From Polyangia bacterium (GTDB lineage: Bacteria > Myxococcota_A > Polyangia > Fen-1088), in the NCBI GenBank assembly GCA_036267635.1, contig DATAVR010000012.1, forward strand, positions 6,834-70,833: a stretch of DNA of 64,000 bases, written 5' to 3'. The position numbers were made by a program, and so were the translations under genes. The notes below the pieces were generated by a model. It did not search any database. It saw only the letters and a program-made list of their open reading frames with translations, and was not told where the DNA came from. The stretch's first letter is position 1, and each line of letters begins with the position of its first letter. Positions 11,536-21,013 of the stretch are shown piece after piece.

Positions 11536-13614
11536 ATGAAGGGACGTCCTCGTCGCGGGCTCGCGATCGTGGGCCTGGTTGCGGCGCTCAGCTGCCGCGA
11601 GTCGGCCGGTCTACACGGCGAAGGTGCGCCTGCCAGCAACGCCGCGGGGCCGGCGGCGGCTGGCGTGACGGCCGGCGCCCCGCACGCGCCGCGCGGGCCG
11701 GTGTCGGAGGCCGAGGCGCTGAAGCCGCGGCCGGATCTCCCCCCCACCGCGCGGGCGCTGGTGGTGATCGGCGCCGGAGCGGCGCAGGCGGGCCAGCCGG
11801 CGCGCGCCGGTGAAGAGCGCTGGATCGACGCCGAGGCGGCCGAAGCGGCGGGTTACACGCTGGTCGATCTCTCCGACAGCTGGACGCCGTACATCTTCGC
11901 CGAGCAGACCGGCCCCGACGGCCAGCCGCTCCCCAACCGCTACCGTCGCATCTTCATCGGGCTGGCCAACGATCAGCTCGACGAAGACGGCGAGCCGCTG
12001 GAACCGGGGATGAGAAACTACCTCGAGCTCTACGGCATCTTCCCCTCGCTGTCGGTGCTGCGCGCGCGCTTCATCGACGACGAGCAGCACCCCTGCCAGG
12101 ATCAGGAGAGCGCCGACGCGCTCGACGCCGTCGAGACGGTCACCTACGTGGCGCCGGCCGACGTCAAGAAGGACGAGCGTCGTCTGTCGCGGATCCGCGC
12201 CGAGCTGGAAGAGGCGCGGCGCAAGGCGCACGCGGCGACGCTGGACGAGCTGGCGGAGAAGCAGCCGGCGTTCGCCGCCAAGGTGAAGATGCTGGAGAAG
12301 CGCGCCGCCGAGAAGCCGGCCATGACGGCGGTCGAAAAGCGCCTCACCTGCGAGGGGCTGCTCGGCACCAGCGCCCGCACGTCGCACCACCAGCCCGGCG
12401 TCTACGACGACGCCATGAAGGTCGCCGTCCGGCGCTTCCAGCAGAAGCACATGCTCTACGAGGCGAACTTCCTGCGGCGCAAGACGGTGGAGGCGCTGTC
12501 GCGGTCGCTGCTCGACAACGACTACGACGCGCTGGTGCGGGCGCTGCGCGAGCGGGTGGTCTCCGCGGCGGGGATCGTCGAGGACGGCTCGACCTCCAAG
12601 GTCCGCAACCTAGTCGACGAGTACACCAAGGTCGCGCTCGAGCAGCTCGGTCTGGGGGACAGCGCCTCGGCGCTGGCCTTCTTCAAACGGCACGGCAAGG
12701 ACGAGCTCAAGACGTTGCGTGTGGCGGTCAAGCTGCCGCCGCGCCCCGACTACTACGCGCCCGAGATGGACCTCTCGATCGTCGTCGATCGCGGCGACGT
12801 CTGGTACGAGGTCCCCTTCGACGCCCAGGGGCACTACAAGCCGCAGACGCGCAAGAAATACCCCTCGCTGACGCTCTACGCGCGGGTGAACGGCAAGCTG
12901 CTGGCGCTGGCCCGCTGGCGCACGACGATCGGCGGCTGGCGCGCCGATCAAGCCTCCAACGGCTACGAGTACTTCCGCTACAAGGGGTCGGACGTCGGCC
13001 CGCGCGTCATCCGCCACGTGGTCTCGGGGCCGGTCTGGATCGCACCGGCCTCGACGCCGATCCGCTCGCTGGTCAAAGGCAAGATCGTCAACGGCAAATG
13101 GATGAACGTCGTCAACTACGACGAGCTCGGCCCGGGATACCTCTCGGCCTACGGTCTCATCGCCGGCTACTTCGTGGTGCCGGGCCAGAACGGGCGCAAC
13201 GACTTCGACAACGGCGTGCGCGCGCACGGCTCCTCGGACTACCTGTCGATCTACAGCGCCAACGGCTACTCGCACGGCTGCCACCGGCTGCCCAACCACC
13301 TGGCCATCCGCCTCTACTCCTTCATCTTGAAGCACCGCCACATGAAGGTGTCGGGCGACCAGCCGATGGGCTTCACCCGGCAATTTCTCTGGAAGAACAC
13401 CGTCTACGAGATGAAGATCCCGTCGCGCGGCTACCTCTACGAGCTGGATCCGCCGGTGCCGGTCAACGTGCTCGAGGGGAACATCATGGGCGACCTCAAG
13501 AAGCCGGTCCTCGACTACGTCCCCGAGCCCTGGAACAAGTACCCGCCCGGCCCGCCGCCGCCCCCGCCATCCGGCGGCGACAAGGCCGGAGGAGGCAGCT
13601 GTTGCGGCGAGTAG
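11536..13614 (+). CDS. Large lipoprotein with a YkuD-like L,D-transpeptidase catalytic motif
   Basis: ATG at 11536 gives MKGRPRRGLAIVGLVAALSC (lipobox). A peptidoglycan-binding-like helix AMKVAVRRFQQKHML is present. The catalytic-type motif is HGSSDYLSIYSANGYSHGCHRLPNHLAIRLY (H...S-x-GC-x-R). The C-terminus is PPGPPPPPPSGGDKAGGGSCCGE. Confidence 0.78.
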   Translation: MKGRPRRGLAIVGLVAALSCRESAGLHGEGAPASNAAGPAAAGVTAGAPHAPRGPVSEAEALKPRPDLPPTARALVVIGAGAAQAGQPARAGEERWIDAEAAEAAGYTLVDLSDSWTPYIFAEQTGPDGQPLPNRYRRIFIGLANDQLDEDGEPLEPGMRNYLELYGIFPSLSVLRARFIDDEQHPCQDQESADALDAVETVTYVAPADVKKDERRLSRIRAELEEARRKAHAATLDELAEKQPAFAAKVKMLEKRAAEKPAMTAVEKRLTCEGLLGTSARTSHHQPGVYDDAMKVAVRRFQQKHMLYEANFLRRKTVEALSRSLLDNDYDALVRALRERVVSAAGIVEDGSTSKVRNLVDEYTKVALEQLGLGDSASALAFFKRHGKDELKTLRVAVKLPPRPDYYAPEMDLSIVVDRGDVWYEVPFDAQGHYKPQTRKKYPSLTLYARVNGKLLALARWRTTIGGWRADQASNGYEYFRYKGSDVGPRVIRHVVSGPVWIAPASTPIRSLVKGKIVNGKWMNVVNYDELGPGYLSAYGLIAGYFVVPGQNGRNDFDNGVRAHGSSDYLSIYSANGYSHGCHRLPNHLAIRLYSFILKHRHMKVSGDQPMGFTRQFLWKNTVYEMKIPSRGYLYELDPPVPVNVLEGNIMGDLKKPVLDYVPEPWNKYPPGPPPPPPSGGDKAGGGSCCGE

Positions 13615-14078
13615 CGGCTCGCTGGTCGGGCGCGGCGATCATCACCGGGCTGGTGGTCTTCGCGCTGCTGCCGTTCGCGCTCTACGCCGCATCCGACGGC
13701 GGTACCGCACCTCCAGTCGGCGTGGCGGCGCCGCAGGGGCCGGCTGCCCCGCCGTCGCCCAACGTCCGCATCGTCTTCACCATCGTCCCGATGACCAAGA
13801 AGGCGATGGTCTTCTGGGGCAAGAAACGCCTCGGCGTCATCGCGCCGCACGCGCCGCTCATCGTCACCCGCCCGCGCGACTCCGGCCCCATCGACGTGGT
13901 GGTGAAATCCGACGGCTACGTGACCGTCCAGACCCGCGCCTACACCTTCGCCGACAACAAGGTCTCCGTGAAGCTGACCAAGAACGAGGAGAAGAACACC
14001 ATCCTCGGCTACCGCGAAGAGCTCCCCCCCGACGGCGGCGCGCCACCCGGCGGCGGACCCGACGGCGGGATGCCGTAG
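13602..14078 (+). CDS. Membrane-anchored PEGA-like domain protein
   Basis: A probable TTG start at 13602 overlaps the upstream stop. TM helix AAIITGLVVFALLPFALYA. A beta-rich segment follows: VRIVFTIVPMTKKAMVFWGKKRLG...IDVVVKSDGYVTVQTRAYTFADNKVSVKL. The start codon is uncertain. The 5' 168 codons of track ORF 13098..14078 are out of frame with the upstream gene. Confidence 0.55.
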   Translation: MRRVAARWSGAAIITGLVVFALLPFALYAASDGGTAPPVGVAAPQGPAAPPSPNVRIVFTIVPMTKKAMVFWGKKRLGVIAPHAPLIVTRPRDSGPIDVVVKSDGYVTVQTRAYTFADNKVSVKLTKNEEKNTILGYREELPPDGGAPPGGGPDGGMP

Positions 14079-14126
14079 CCGCTGATCAATCCCCGGCGTC
14101 GCGGGAATTCACCAGTGAATCCATGG

Positions 14127-14149
14127 TGCTTTTCGGGTGGCGAAAAGCA
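14127..14149. terminator. Perfect 8-bp hairpin in a relatively AT-rich intergenic region
   Basis: TGCTTTTC-gggtggc-GAAAAGCA, located between the stop at 14078 and the start at 14198. It could act as a terminator for the upstream gene or as an operator-like dyad for the downstream one. Confidence 0.3.
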
Positions 14150-14197
14150 TGATAAGAGCGGATTTTCTTAACTGGGACATCGAAAGGACGACGTCAA

Positions 14198-15055
14198 ATG
14201 GCGAAGGCGATCTTGGCACCGGCGATCGGGATGGGTGTGGCCCTTGTGGCGAGCCTGGCGCTCGTGGGTTGCGGCGGTAGCTCGGGGCAGACGCGGCCCG
14301 GAACGGGCGGATCGACCGGCACCGGCGGCAGCACGAGCACCGGCGGATCGACCGGCACCGGCGGCACCACGACCACCGGAACGGGCGGATCGACCGGGAC
14401 GGGCGGCGCGGCTGGCGCGACGGCGCTCGCCTGCACCGCCAACCCAACGACCGCGCTCATAACAAACTTCGGCTCGGCGGCCGGCGACGGCGGCGTCACC
14501 GCGAGCGGTACGTGGGGGACGACCGGGCAGCTCACCGGCTCCGTCTTTGGCTACGGGGGAAAACTGACCAGCGATGCGGGCGTGATGTCGAAGGTGTCGG
14601 CCACGATCGACAAAACCGACATGGAGCTGAAGTTGAGCGGAAATGTGTTGGCCGCGGACTACTCGGGCGGGGGGATGGCGTTCGCCACTTGCGTCGACTC
14701 GTCGACCTGGACCGGAATCCAGTTCACGCTGGGCGGCACGGCAGACGGCTGCAGCATCACCTTCCAGCTGCAGACCGAGTCGCAGGAGCCACCGTCGAAC
14801 AAGGGGACCTGCACGGCCTCGAGCTGCTACGACTTCCCGCAGCTCGCGGTGACCATCCCGACCGACGGGTCGGCGACCGTTATCCCGTTCTCGTCCCTGA
14901 TGGGGACTGGGATGCCGTCCGCGGCGGCCGACTTCGAGAAGGAGATGTTCGGTCTCCAGTGGCAGTTCACCTCGGTTGCGCCGCCCGACGGCGGTGTGCA
15001 GGTCGGTTGCAGTCCCGCCATGACGATCTCCAACGTCATGTGGACGAGCAACTAG
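14198..15055 (+). CDS. Lipoprotein with a Gly/Thr linker and a putative carbohydrate-binding beta-sandwich domain
   Basis: Lipobox LALVGCGG. Linker GTGGSTGTGGSTSTGGSTGTGGTTTTGTGGSTGTGG. The ~200-aa domain contains GTWGTTGQLTGSVFGYGG, WTGIQFTLGG and MFGLQWQF (aromatic-rich, CBM-like). It sits next to a GH3 gene. Confidence 0.78.
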   Translation: MAKAILAPAIGMGVALVASLALVGCGGSSGQTRPGTGGSTGTGGSTSTGGSTGTGGTTTTGTGGSTGTGGAAGATALACTANPTTALITNFGSAAGDGGVTASGTWGTTGQLTGSVFGYGGKLTSDAGVMSKVSATIDKTDMELKLSGNVLAADYSGGGMAFATCVDSSTWTGIQFTLGGTADGCSITFQLQTESQEPPSNKGTCTASSCYDFPQLAVTIPTDGSATVIPFSSLMGTGMPSAAADFEKEMFGLQWQFTSVAPPDGGVQVGCSPAMTISNVMWTSN

Positions 15056-15065
15056 GTCAGCAAAC

Positions 15066-17240
15066 TCAGTAAGGAAGCGGGAGCGTGGAGCCGACCAGCT
15101 CCAACTCCCCGGCGAGCGGGCGCGTGCCGGTGAGGGCCGCGCTCCGCTCGTCGGGCTGACTGCCGCCGACGGAGAGCAAAAATTGGCCGGGCTCGAGCTG
15201 GCGGTGGCCGCGCTCGTCGATGAGCGACAGATCGCGTGCGGTGAGCTGGAGCTCCACGCGCCGTGATTCGCCGGCGCCGAGGTGCAGGCGGCGGAAGCCG
15301 CGCAGATCGCGCTGCGGGACCCGGCACGAGGCCTGGCGATCGGTGAGGTAGAGCTGAATCACCTCGTCGCCCTCGCGACCGCCGGTGTTCTCGACGGTCA
15401 CCGCGACGGTGAGGCGCAGGTCGGCGGACGCGGTCGCGCGGGTGGGGGAGAGCACGAGATCGCGGTAGGCGAACCGCGTGTACGAGAGGCCGTAGCCGAA
15501 CGGGTAGAGCGGCGGCGTCTCGAGATAGCGGTAGGTGCGCCCCTGCATCCGGTAGTCGGCGACGGGGGGCAGATCGCCGGCGCGACGGGGGAAGGTGATC
15601 GGGAGGCGACCGGCGGGTGAGACGGCGCCGAACAGAACGTCGGCGAGCGCGGCGCCCCCTTCGGCGCCAGGGTACCAGACCTGGACGATGGCGCCGAGAT
15701 GGTCGTGGGCCCAGGCGAGATCGAGCGGGCTGCCGGCGATCACCGCCAGCACCGTCGGCTTGCCGAGCGCGACGATCGTCTCGAGCAGCGTCTGTTGTAG
15801 GCCGGTGAGCCCGAGATCGGTCTTGTCGCCGGCGGCCTCCGAGTTGCCGGCGTCGCCCTGTTCGCCCTCGATGTCGGGCGCCAGGCCGAGGCAGAGCACG
15901 ACGACGTCGGCGCGGGAGGCGACGCTGACCGCCTCCGAGAGGTTGCCGGCGCGGCCGAGGCCGTCGGTCTTGGTGCCGAGCCGCTTGCACCCCTGCGCGT
16001 ACCAGACCTTGGTCGACGGCGAGACCGCGGCGCGGATCGCGGTCAGAGGCGTCACGAAGCGCGACGGCTCGCCGAAGTAGTTTCCCAGCAGCACCTCGCG
16101 ATCGTCGGCGTTGGGGCCGATGACCGCGACGCTGCGAACATCCGTGCGCAGCGGCAAGAGGTCGCCGGCGTTCTTGAGCAGCACCATCGCGGCGGCGGCC
16201 GTCGACCGCGAGAGCGCCCGGTGCGCGTCGCTGTCGTTCACCTCGTAGGGGATCGCGGCGTAAGCCACCCGCGCCGGTGGATCGAACATGCCGAGCCGCA
16301 GGCGGGCCCGAAAAAGCCGCCGCACGCAGCGGTCGACGTCGGCCTCGGCGAGCAGCCCCTCGGCGACCGCCGTCGGGATGTGCTGGTAGGTGCACCCGCA
16401 GTTGAGGTCGCAGCCAGCCTGCACCGCCAGCGCGGCCGATTCGGGCGGCGAGCCGGTCACGGCGTGGCCGAGGTGGAGGTCCTGGATCGCCCAGCAGTCG
16501 CTGACCACGTAGCCGTCGAAGCCCCACTCGTCGCGCAGGATCTTCTGGAGCAACGTCGGGCTGGCGCTGCAGGCCTCGCCGTTGACCCGGTTGTAGGCGG
16601 TCATCACGCTGCCGGCGCCGGCCTCGGTCAGGCAGGCGTGAAAAGCCGGCAGGTAGGTCTCGCGCAGATCTTTTTCGCCGACGACCGCGTCGAAGCTGTG
16701 GCGCAGCCCCTCGGGGCCGCTGTGGACGGCGTAGTGCTTGGGCGTGGCGACCAGCTTCAGGTGGCTGGGGTCGTCCCCCTGCAGCGCGCGGCAATAGGCG
16801 ACGCCGAGGCGCGCGGTCAGGAACGGGCACTCGCCGTAGGTCTCGTGGCCGCGCCCCCAGCGCGGATCGCGGAAGATGTTGATGTTGGGCGACCAGAAGG
16901 TGAGCCCCTTGTACATGCCGTGGTCGCCCTGGCGCAGGTACTCGTGATGCTTGGCGCGCGCCTCGTCGGCGATCGCCTCGGCGACCGCGCGCACGCGCTC
17001 GACGTCGAACGTCGCCGCGAGCGCGATCGCCTGCGGGAACACGGTGGCGATCCCGGCCCGCGCCACGCCGTGCAGACATTCGTTCCACCAGTTGTAGGCG
17101 GGGATGCCGAGCCGCGGGATCTCCGGCGCCTCGTGCAGCATCTGCGCCGCCTTTTCGGCCAGGGTCATCCGGGGCAAGAGGTCATCGAGGCGCGCCTCGA
17201 GCGAGAGATCGGGATCTCGAAAGGGGAAGGGGGCGGTCAC
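15066..17240 (-). CDS. Glycoside hydrolase family 3 (beta-glucosidase/beta-xylosidase type), apparently cytoplasmic
   Basis: 724 aa. Motifs: LTLAEKAAQM, WSPNINIFRDPRWGRGHETYGECP, GYVVSDCWA (nucleophile Asp context). A C-terminal fibronectin-like domain is present. I see no signal peptide. Confidence 0.95.
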   Translation of the reverse strand: MTAPFPFRDPDLSLEARLDDLLPRMTLAEKAAQMLHEAPEIPRLGIPAYNWWNECLHGVARAGIATVFPQAIALAATFDVERVRAVAEAIADEARAKHHEYLRQGDHGMYKGLTFWSPNINIFRDPRWGRGHETYGECPFLTARLGVAYCRALQGDDPSHLKLVATPKHYAVHSGPEGLRHSFDAVVGEKDLRETYLPAFHACLTEAGAGSVMTAYNRVNGEACSASPTLLQKILRDEWGFDGYVVSDCWAIQDLHLGHAVTGSPPESAALAVQAGCDLNCGCTYQHIPTAVAEGLLAEADVDRCVRRLFRARLRLGMFDPPARVAYAAIPYEVNDSDAHRALSRSTAAAAMVLLKNAGDLLPLRTDVRSVAVIGPNADDREVLLGNYFGEPSRFVTPLTAIRAAVSPSTKVWYAQGCKRLGTKTDGLGRAGNLSEAVSVASRADVVVLCLGLAPDIEGEQGDAGNSEAAGDKTDLGLTGLQQTLLETIVALGKPTVLAVIAGSPLDLAWAHDHLGAIVQVWYPGAEGGAALADVLFGAVSPAGRLPITFPRRAGDLPPVADYRMQGRTYRYLETPPLYPFGYGLSYTRFAYRDLVLSPTRATASADLRLTVAVTVENTGGREGDEVIQLYLTDRQASCRVPQRDLRGFRRLHLGAGESRRVELQLTARDLSLIDERGHRQLEPGQFLLSVGGSQPDERSAALTGTRPLAGELELVGSTLPLPY

Positions 17241-18637
17241 GGGATGAGCGTCACCGTTGCCATCGATTGCGGCGGCATGTCGAACGAGGCCATGCCGTCG
17301 AGCGATCCGACCTCGGCGTAGCGCTCGGTCATCCCGGAGCTGCGGAAGACGGTCGACGTCCCCCCGGTGAAGGTCCCCTGATCGATCGCGACCTGGTGAT
17401 CACTGCCGTCGGTGTTGATCACGACCAGCGTCAGCCGCGTGCCGTCGGGCGAGAGGAACGCCGAGACGGTGACCGGGCTCTCCGTCGAGGTCGCGCCGAC
17501 GCGGGTCCAGCCGACGCCGATCCCCTTCGCGAAGTGCTGGAGGGCGTAGTAGTCGTCGTTGATGGTGAACCCGGTCGTCGAGACGGTGACCAGCCCCGAG
17601 GGCGTCGACTGTGGCACCCAGTAGAGATCCCAGTAGAGGTAGGTCGAGACCCCTTCGATGGTGACCGAGTTCTGGATCAGCCAGCCGGTGTTGAAGAAGC
17701 TCTGACTGTTCGGGGCGTACTCGCTCTGCCAGATCGGCTTGCCGGCGGTGGCGGCGGCCGCGGCCACGCCGCTCAAGTTGTTGCTGTACGAGTTGGGGAT
17801 CTGATCCGTGCCGCTGCCGTAGAGGTGGTGCGCGATGGCGTCCAGATCGTCCAGGTAGCCCGCCTGGGTTATTCCGGTCACGTAGCGCTCGAGCTCGTTT
17901 TTGGACAGGCTGTCGTTCTCGGGGCCGATGAACTTGGGCATCGTCAGGCCGGACGTCGCGGCGATCGCCGTCTTCACCGCGTCGAGCGCCTGGCCGTAGC
18001 CGGCGTTGGTCGCGTCCTCGGTCGGATCGAAGAGGCAGGTCCCTTCGTTGGTGGTGGTGAAGTCGGGCTCGTTCTGGATGCTGATGTAGTCGGGGACGAT
18101 GCCGCCCGTGGCGGTGGAGAAGGCGGTCAGGCTCGCTGCCCACCAAGCGCCGAAGTCGGCGTAGTCGTAGCCGCCGGTCGACGTCTTAGGCAACGTTCCC
18201 CCGGACCGGAGCGAGGCGTTGCTCTTGAGCGTCAGCGGCGGGTTCCAGGAGGTCATGAGGATGACCGGCGCGTACCCCATCTGGCGGACCGCCTGCACGA
18301 ACGCGGCGGTCTGGTTGAAGGCCGCGTTGTCGTCGTTGTTGTTCTGGTACCAGTTCCCGACCCGCAGCACCTCCAGGCCGAGGTCGGCGAAGATCGTCTG
18401 AAAGACCTGCGCGCTCATGGGGTTCATCATGGCGGAGCCGTCGTAGTAGGCGACGGCGGCGCCGAACCCGACCATCGTTTGATGGGTCGTCGTCAGGTCG
18501 ACGGTCACGGTGACGTCGTGGGGGAGCGGGGTGGTTGCCGCCCCGTCAACCGCGGCCGAGCCACCACATCCGGGCGCTGCCGCTAAAGCCAAGGCGAGAA
18601 CTGGAGCTGCAGAGCGGCCGAAACGTATTGAAGCCAA
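17237..18637 (-). CDS. Glycoside hydrolase family 30-like lipoprotein
   Basis: Lipobox LAAAPGCGG. Motifs: HQTMVGFGAAVAYY, DYISIQNEPDF, AHHLYG, plus a C-terminal beta-sandwich. There is a 4-nt overlap with the downstream GH3 gene. Confidence 0.85.
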   Translation of the reverse strand: MASIRFGRSAAPVLALALAAAPGCGGSAAVDGAATTPLPHDVTVTVDLTTTHQTMVGFGAAVAYYDGSAMMNPMSAQVFQTIFADLGLEVLRVGNWYQNNNDDNAAFNQTAAFVQAVRQMGYAPVILMTSWNPPLTLKSNASLRSGGTLPKTSTGGYDYADFGAWWAASLTAFSTATGGIVPDYISIQNEPDFTTTNEGTCLFDPTEDATNAGYGQALDAVKTAIAATSGLTMPKFIGPENDSLSKNELERYVTGITQAGYLDDLDAIAHHLYGSGTDQIPNSYSNNLSGVAAAAATAGKPIWQSEYAPNSQSFFNTGWLIQNSVTIEGVSTYLYWDLYWVPQSTPSGLVTVSTTGFTINDDYYALQHFAKGIGVGWTRVGATSTESPVTVSAFLSPDGTRLTLVVINTDGSDHQVAIDQGTFTGGTSTVFRSSGMTERYAEVGSLDGMASFDMPPQSMATVTLIP

Positions 18638-18646
18638 GAAACCCTT

Positions 18647-20935
18647 TCAGCGGCCGGTGCAGACGAACAGGGTCGCCGACAGCGGCGGCAAGCGGTAGCC
18701 AAGTTGGTTGTCTTTGATTTCGGCGTCGGTCAGCGAGCGAATGTTGGACGAGGTGGCGTCGAAGGAGAAGACCTTCGCCCTGCCGTAGTTTCCCCCTTTG
18801 ATGGCGATCTTGCCATTGAAGGCGGTGTGCTGCTCCTTGTTGATCACCAGCACGGTGAGCGTCCCCGGGTGCTTCGAGTCGGTGGCGGCGAAGACGGAGG
18901 CCTTGCCGAGATCGGCCGGCGCGGCAGCGACCGCGGTGTCGCCGAACACGCCCCCCTTACCGTCGTAATTTCGGTAGATCTGGAACGCCGCCTTGATGTA
19001 GCCCGGCAGCTGGCTGTTGCCGGCGCCGTCGCCCCAGTAGTTCGCCAGGTAGAGCCCCTCGCGCCCGAACACGCCGAGGGCGTCGGCCTGCGCCAGCCCG
19101 CCCGAGATGTGGTCGCCCACGCCGAAGTTGTACTCGGTCATGGTCAGCTTGGTGCCGGGGTAGCGGGCGGCGATCTTCTCCTGCAGCCAGGGGATGAGGC
19201 GGATCGGTTTGCCGCCCAGCTCAGCGGCGATCCAGCTCTTCTCGACGTAGCTGGGGTCCCAGAGGCTGCGGGGCGCCTGCACGCGCGCCTCGACCGTCTT
19301 CGGCGTGACGTCCTTGTCGGTGATCCGCTTGGCGCCGCGCGCCTCCGGATACCAGTGGATGTCGAGCGCGTGCACCAGCCGCTGGTGGTGCTTCCCCTCC
19401 AGCTTCTTCATCGAGGCCAAGAAGAAGTCGAGGTAGGTGCCGTAGGTGGCGTTCTGGGCCGCGGCGTCGGGCGCGTCCTGCAGCGTCTTGTACTCGTTCC
19501 AGCCGTAAGCCACCGCGCCCAGCACGAACGCCGTCGGATCGACCTTGAGCAGGGCGGAGGCGGTCGCCTCGGTGCGGCTCACCATCTCGGCGTAGGTGGG
19601 CTTGTCGGGGTGGACGCGCGGGTGCGTGCTCGGCCAGAGCGCCGGCTCGTTGTCGAGCGAGTAGAACCGGATCCCGCCATTGGCCGCCTTGCCGAGCTTG
19701 CCGACCAGCGTGTTCACGAACTCGTCTTCGTACACGACGCCGTCGCCGAGATCGGGCGAGGCGGCGAAGGGGCCGGGCTTCTGGGCCACCGATTTGTTCC
19801 AGCGCTTGCTGGGGGCCTTGTCGGCCTCGGGGACCGCGCCGCGCTTGTCGGCCGCGACGTAGTCGACCAGCGGGACGGTGGCCAACGTCTCCATCCCGGC
19901 CTTGCGGTTCGCCAGCGCGAAGTCGATGAACTGCGCGCCCGGCACGGTGCAGTCGCTGTAGCCCATGACCGTGCAGGGCCAGTCGTCGCTCGACTGGTTG
20001 TAGTCGCTGCCGGCGTTGGAGGCGTTGATCTCCCAGTTGTAGGCGGTCTGCCGGTTGCCGCCCATCCGGCGCACCGTCGCGCCGACGCCGTCGGCCGGCT
20101 GCGAGTTGACGCCGTAGACGTAGGGGCTGATCGGGCGGATGACGTCAGCGGTGGTCACGGCGATCGGCAGGTCGCCGCCCTCGGTCGGGGGCAGGGTGGC
20201 CAGCGCGGCGGCGGCCGCCTTGGCGGCGGCGGCCGCTTCGTGCTCGCGCTTGCGGTCGGCGGCCTGCGTGCTCGGCAGGTTCGAGTAAGCGACCTCCTTG
20301 CCGAAGCTCTCCAGCTTGACGCCGCCGATCTCCAGCGCCTCCGGGTCGTAGCCGAGGCGGAAGATGGCGTGCGCCTCGCCGGCGGCGTAGGCGCGGGCGG
20401 CCTTGAAGCGGACCTCGATCTTCGACCAGCCGGGCCCGCCCTGCACCGGGTACTGGATCGACTTGGTGTACGGCGAGCCGTTGAGCTCGAACACGAACTC
20501 CGTCTCGCCCGGGCCCCCTTCCTGCGGCGCCTCCGTGCGCAGATAGAACGTCGCCAGGATCGCGTCGCCGTTGTCGACGGGCGCGGCGGTGTCGGCCACC
20601 AACTGGACCGCCCACTCGTGTCCCGAGCCCTCCTTGACCGTCGCCCGGACGGCGTCGGTGAACGGCTGGCCGGTCACCGCGATCGGCGCCAGCTCGACCT
20701 TCTGCGCTTCGCCCTGCACCTTGAAGGCGGCGACGCCGGCGCCGCCCAGGAGATCGACGCGCGGCAGGCTGGCGATGCGCTCCTCGGCCGCGACCGTGGC
20801 GGCCGACGGCGGGGGGGCGGCCGGCGCGGCGACGGTGCCGGCGGGGGAGGGCGCCGTCCGCATGATGCAGGCGCCGCCGAAAAGTCCGATCCACGCGCCG
20901 AAAATCGCGCTCCAGCCTGGGGGCCGTTTTGACAT
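18647..20935 (-). CDS. Glycoside hydrolase family 44 (endoglucanase/xyloglucanase type) with an N-terminal CBM-like domain
   Basis: The ATG at 20935 gives MSKRPPGWSAIFGAWIGLFGGAC (lipobox). Motifs: RRMGGNRQTAYNWEINASNAGSDY, YSLDNEPALW, LTMTEYNFG. The 355 extra N-terminal codons in track ORF 18647..22000 are antisense to the GH3 gene at 21014. Confidence 0.9.
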   Translation of the reverse strand: MSKRPPGWSAIFGAWIGLFGGACIMRTAPSPAGTVAAPAAPPPSAATVAAEERIASLPRVDLLGGAGVAAFKVQGEAQKVELAPIAVTGQPFTDAVRATVKEGSGHEWAVQLVADTAAPVDNGDAILATFYLRTEAPQEGGPGETEFVFELNGSPYTKSIQYPVQGGPGWSKIEVRFKAARAYAAGEAHAIFRLGYDPEALEIGGVKLESFGKEVAYSNLPSTQAADRKREHEAAAAAKAAAAALATLPPTEGGDLPIAVTTADVIRPISPYVYGVNSQPADGVGATVRRMGGNRQTAYNWEINASNAGSDYNQSSDDWPCTVMGYSDCTVPGAQFIDFALANRKAGMETLATVPLVDYVAADKRGAVPEADKAPSKRWNKSVAQKPGPFAASPDLGDGVVYEDEFVNTLVGKLGKAANGGIRFYSLDNEPALWPSTHPRVHPDKPTYAEMVSRTEATASALLKVDPTAFVLGAVAYGWNEYKTLQDAPDAAAQNATYGTYLDFFLASMKKLEGKHHQRLVHALDIHWYPEARGAKRITDKDVTPKTVEARVQAPRSLWDPSYVEKSWIAAELGGKPIRLIPWLQEKIAARYPGTKLTMTEYNFGVGDHISGGLAQADALGVFGREGLYLANYWGDGAGNSQLPGYIKAAFQIYRNYDGKGGVFGDTAVAAAPADLGKASVFAATDSKHPGTLTVLVINKEQHTAFNGKIAIKGGNYGRAKVFSFDATSSNIRSLTDAEIKDNQLGYRLPPLSATLFVCTGR

Positions 20936-21013
20936 GCGCGGCAGGTTAGCCAATTCACCGGCGGCGGGGAAGCCGCGCTTTTCTCCGCAACATCTGAGGT
21001 ATCTTCCGCGCTC

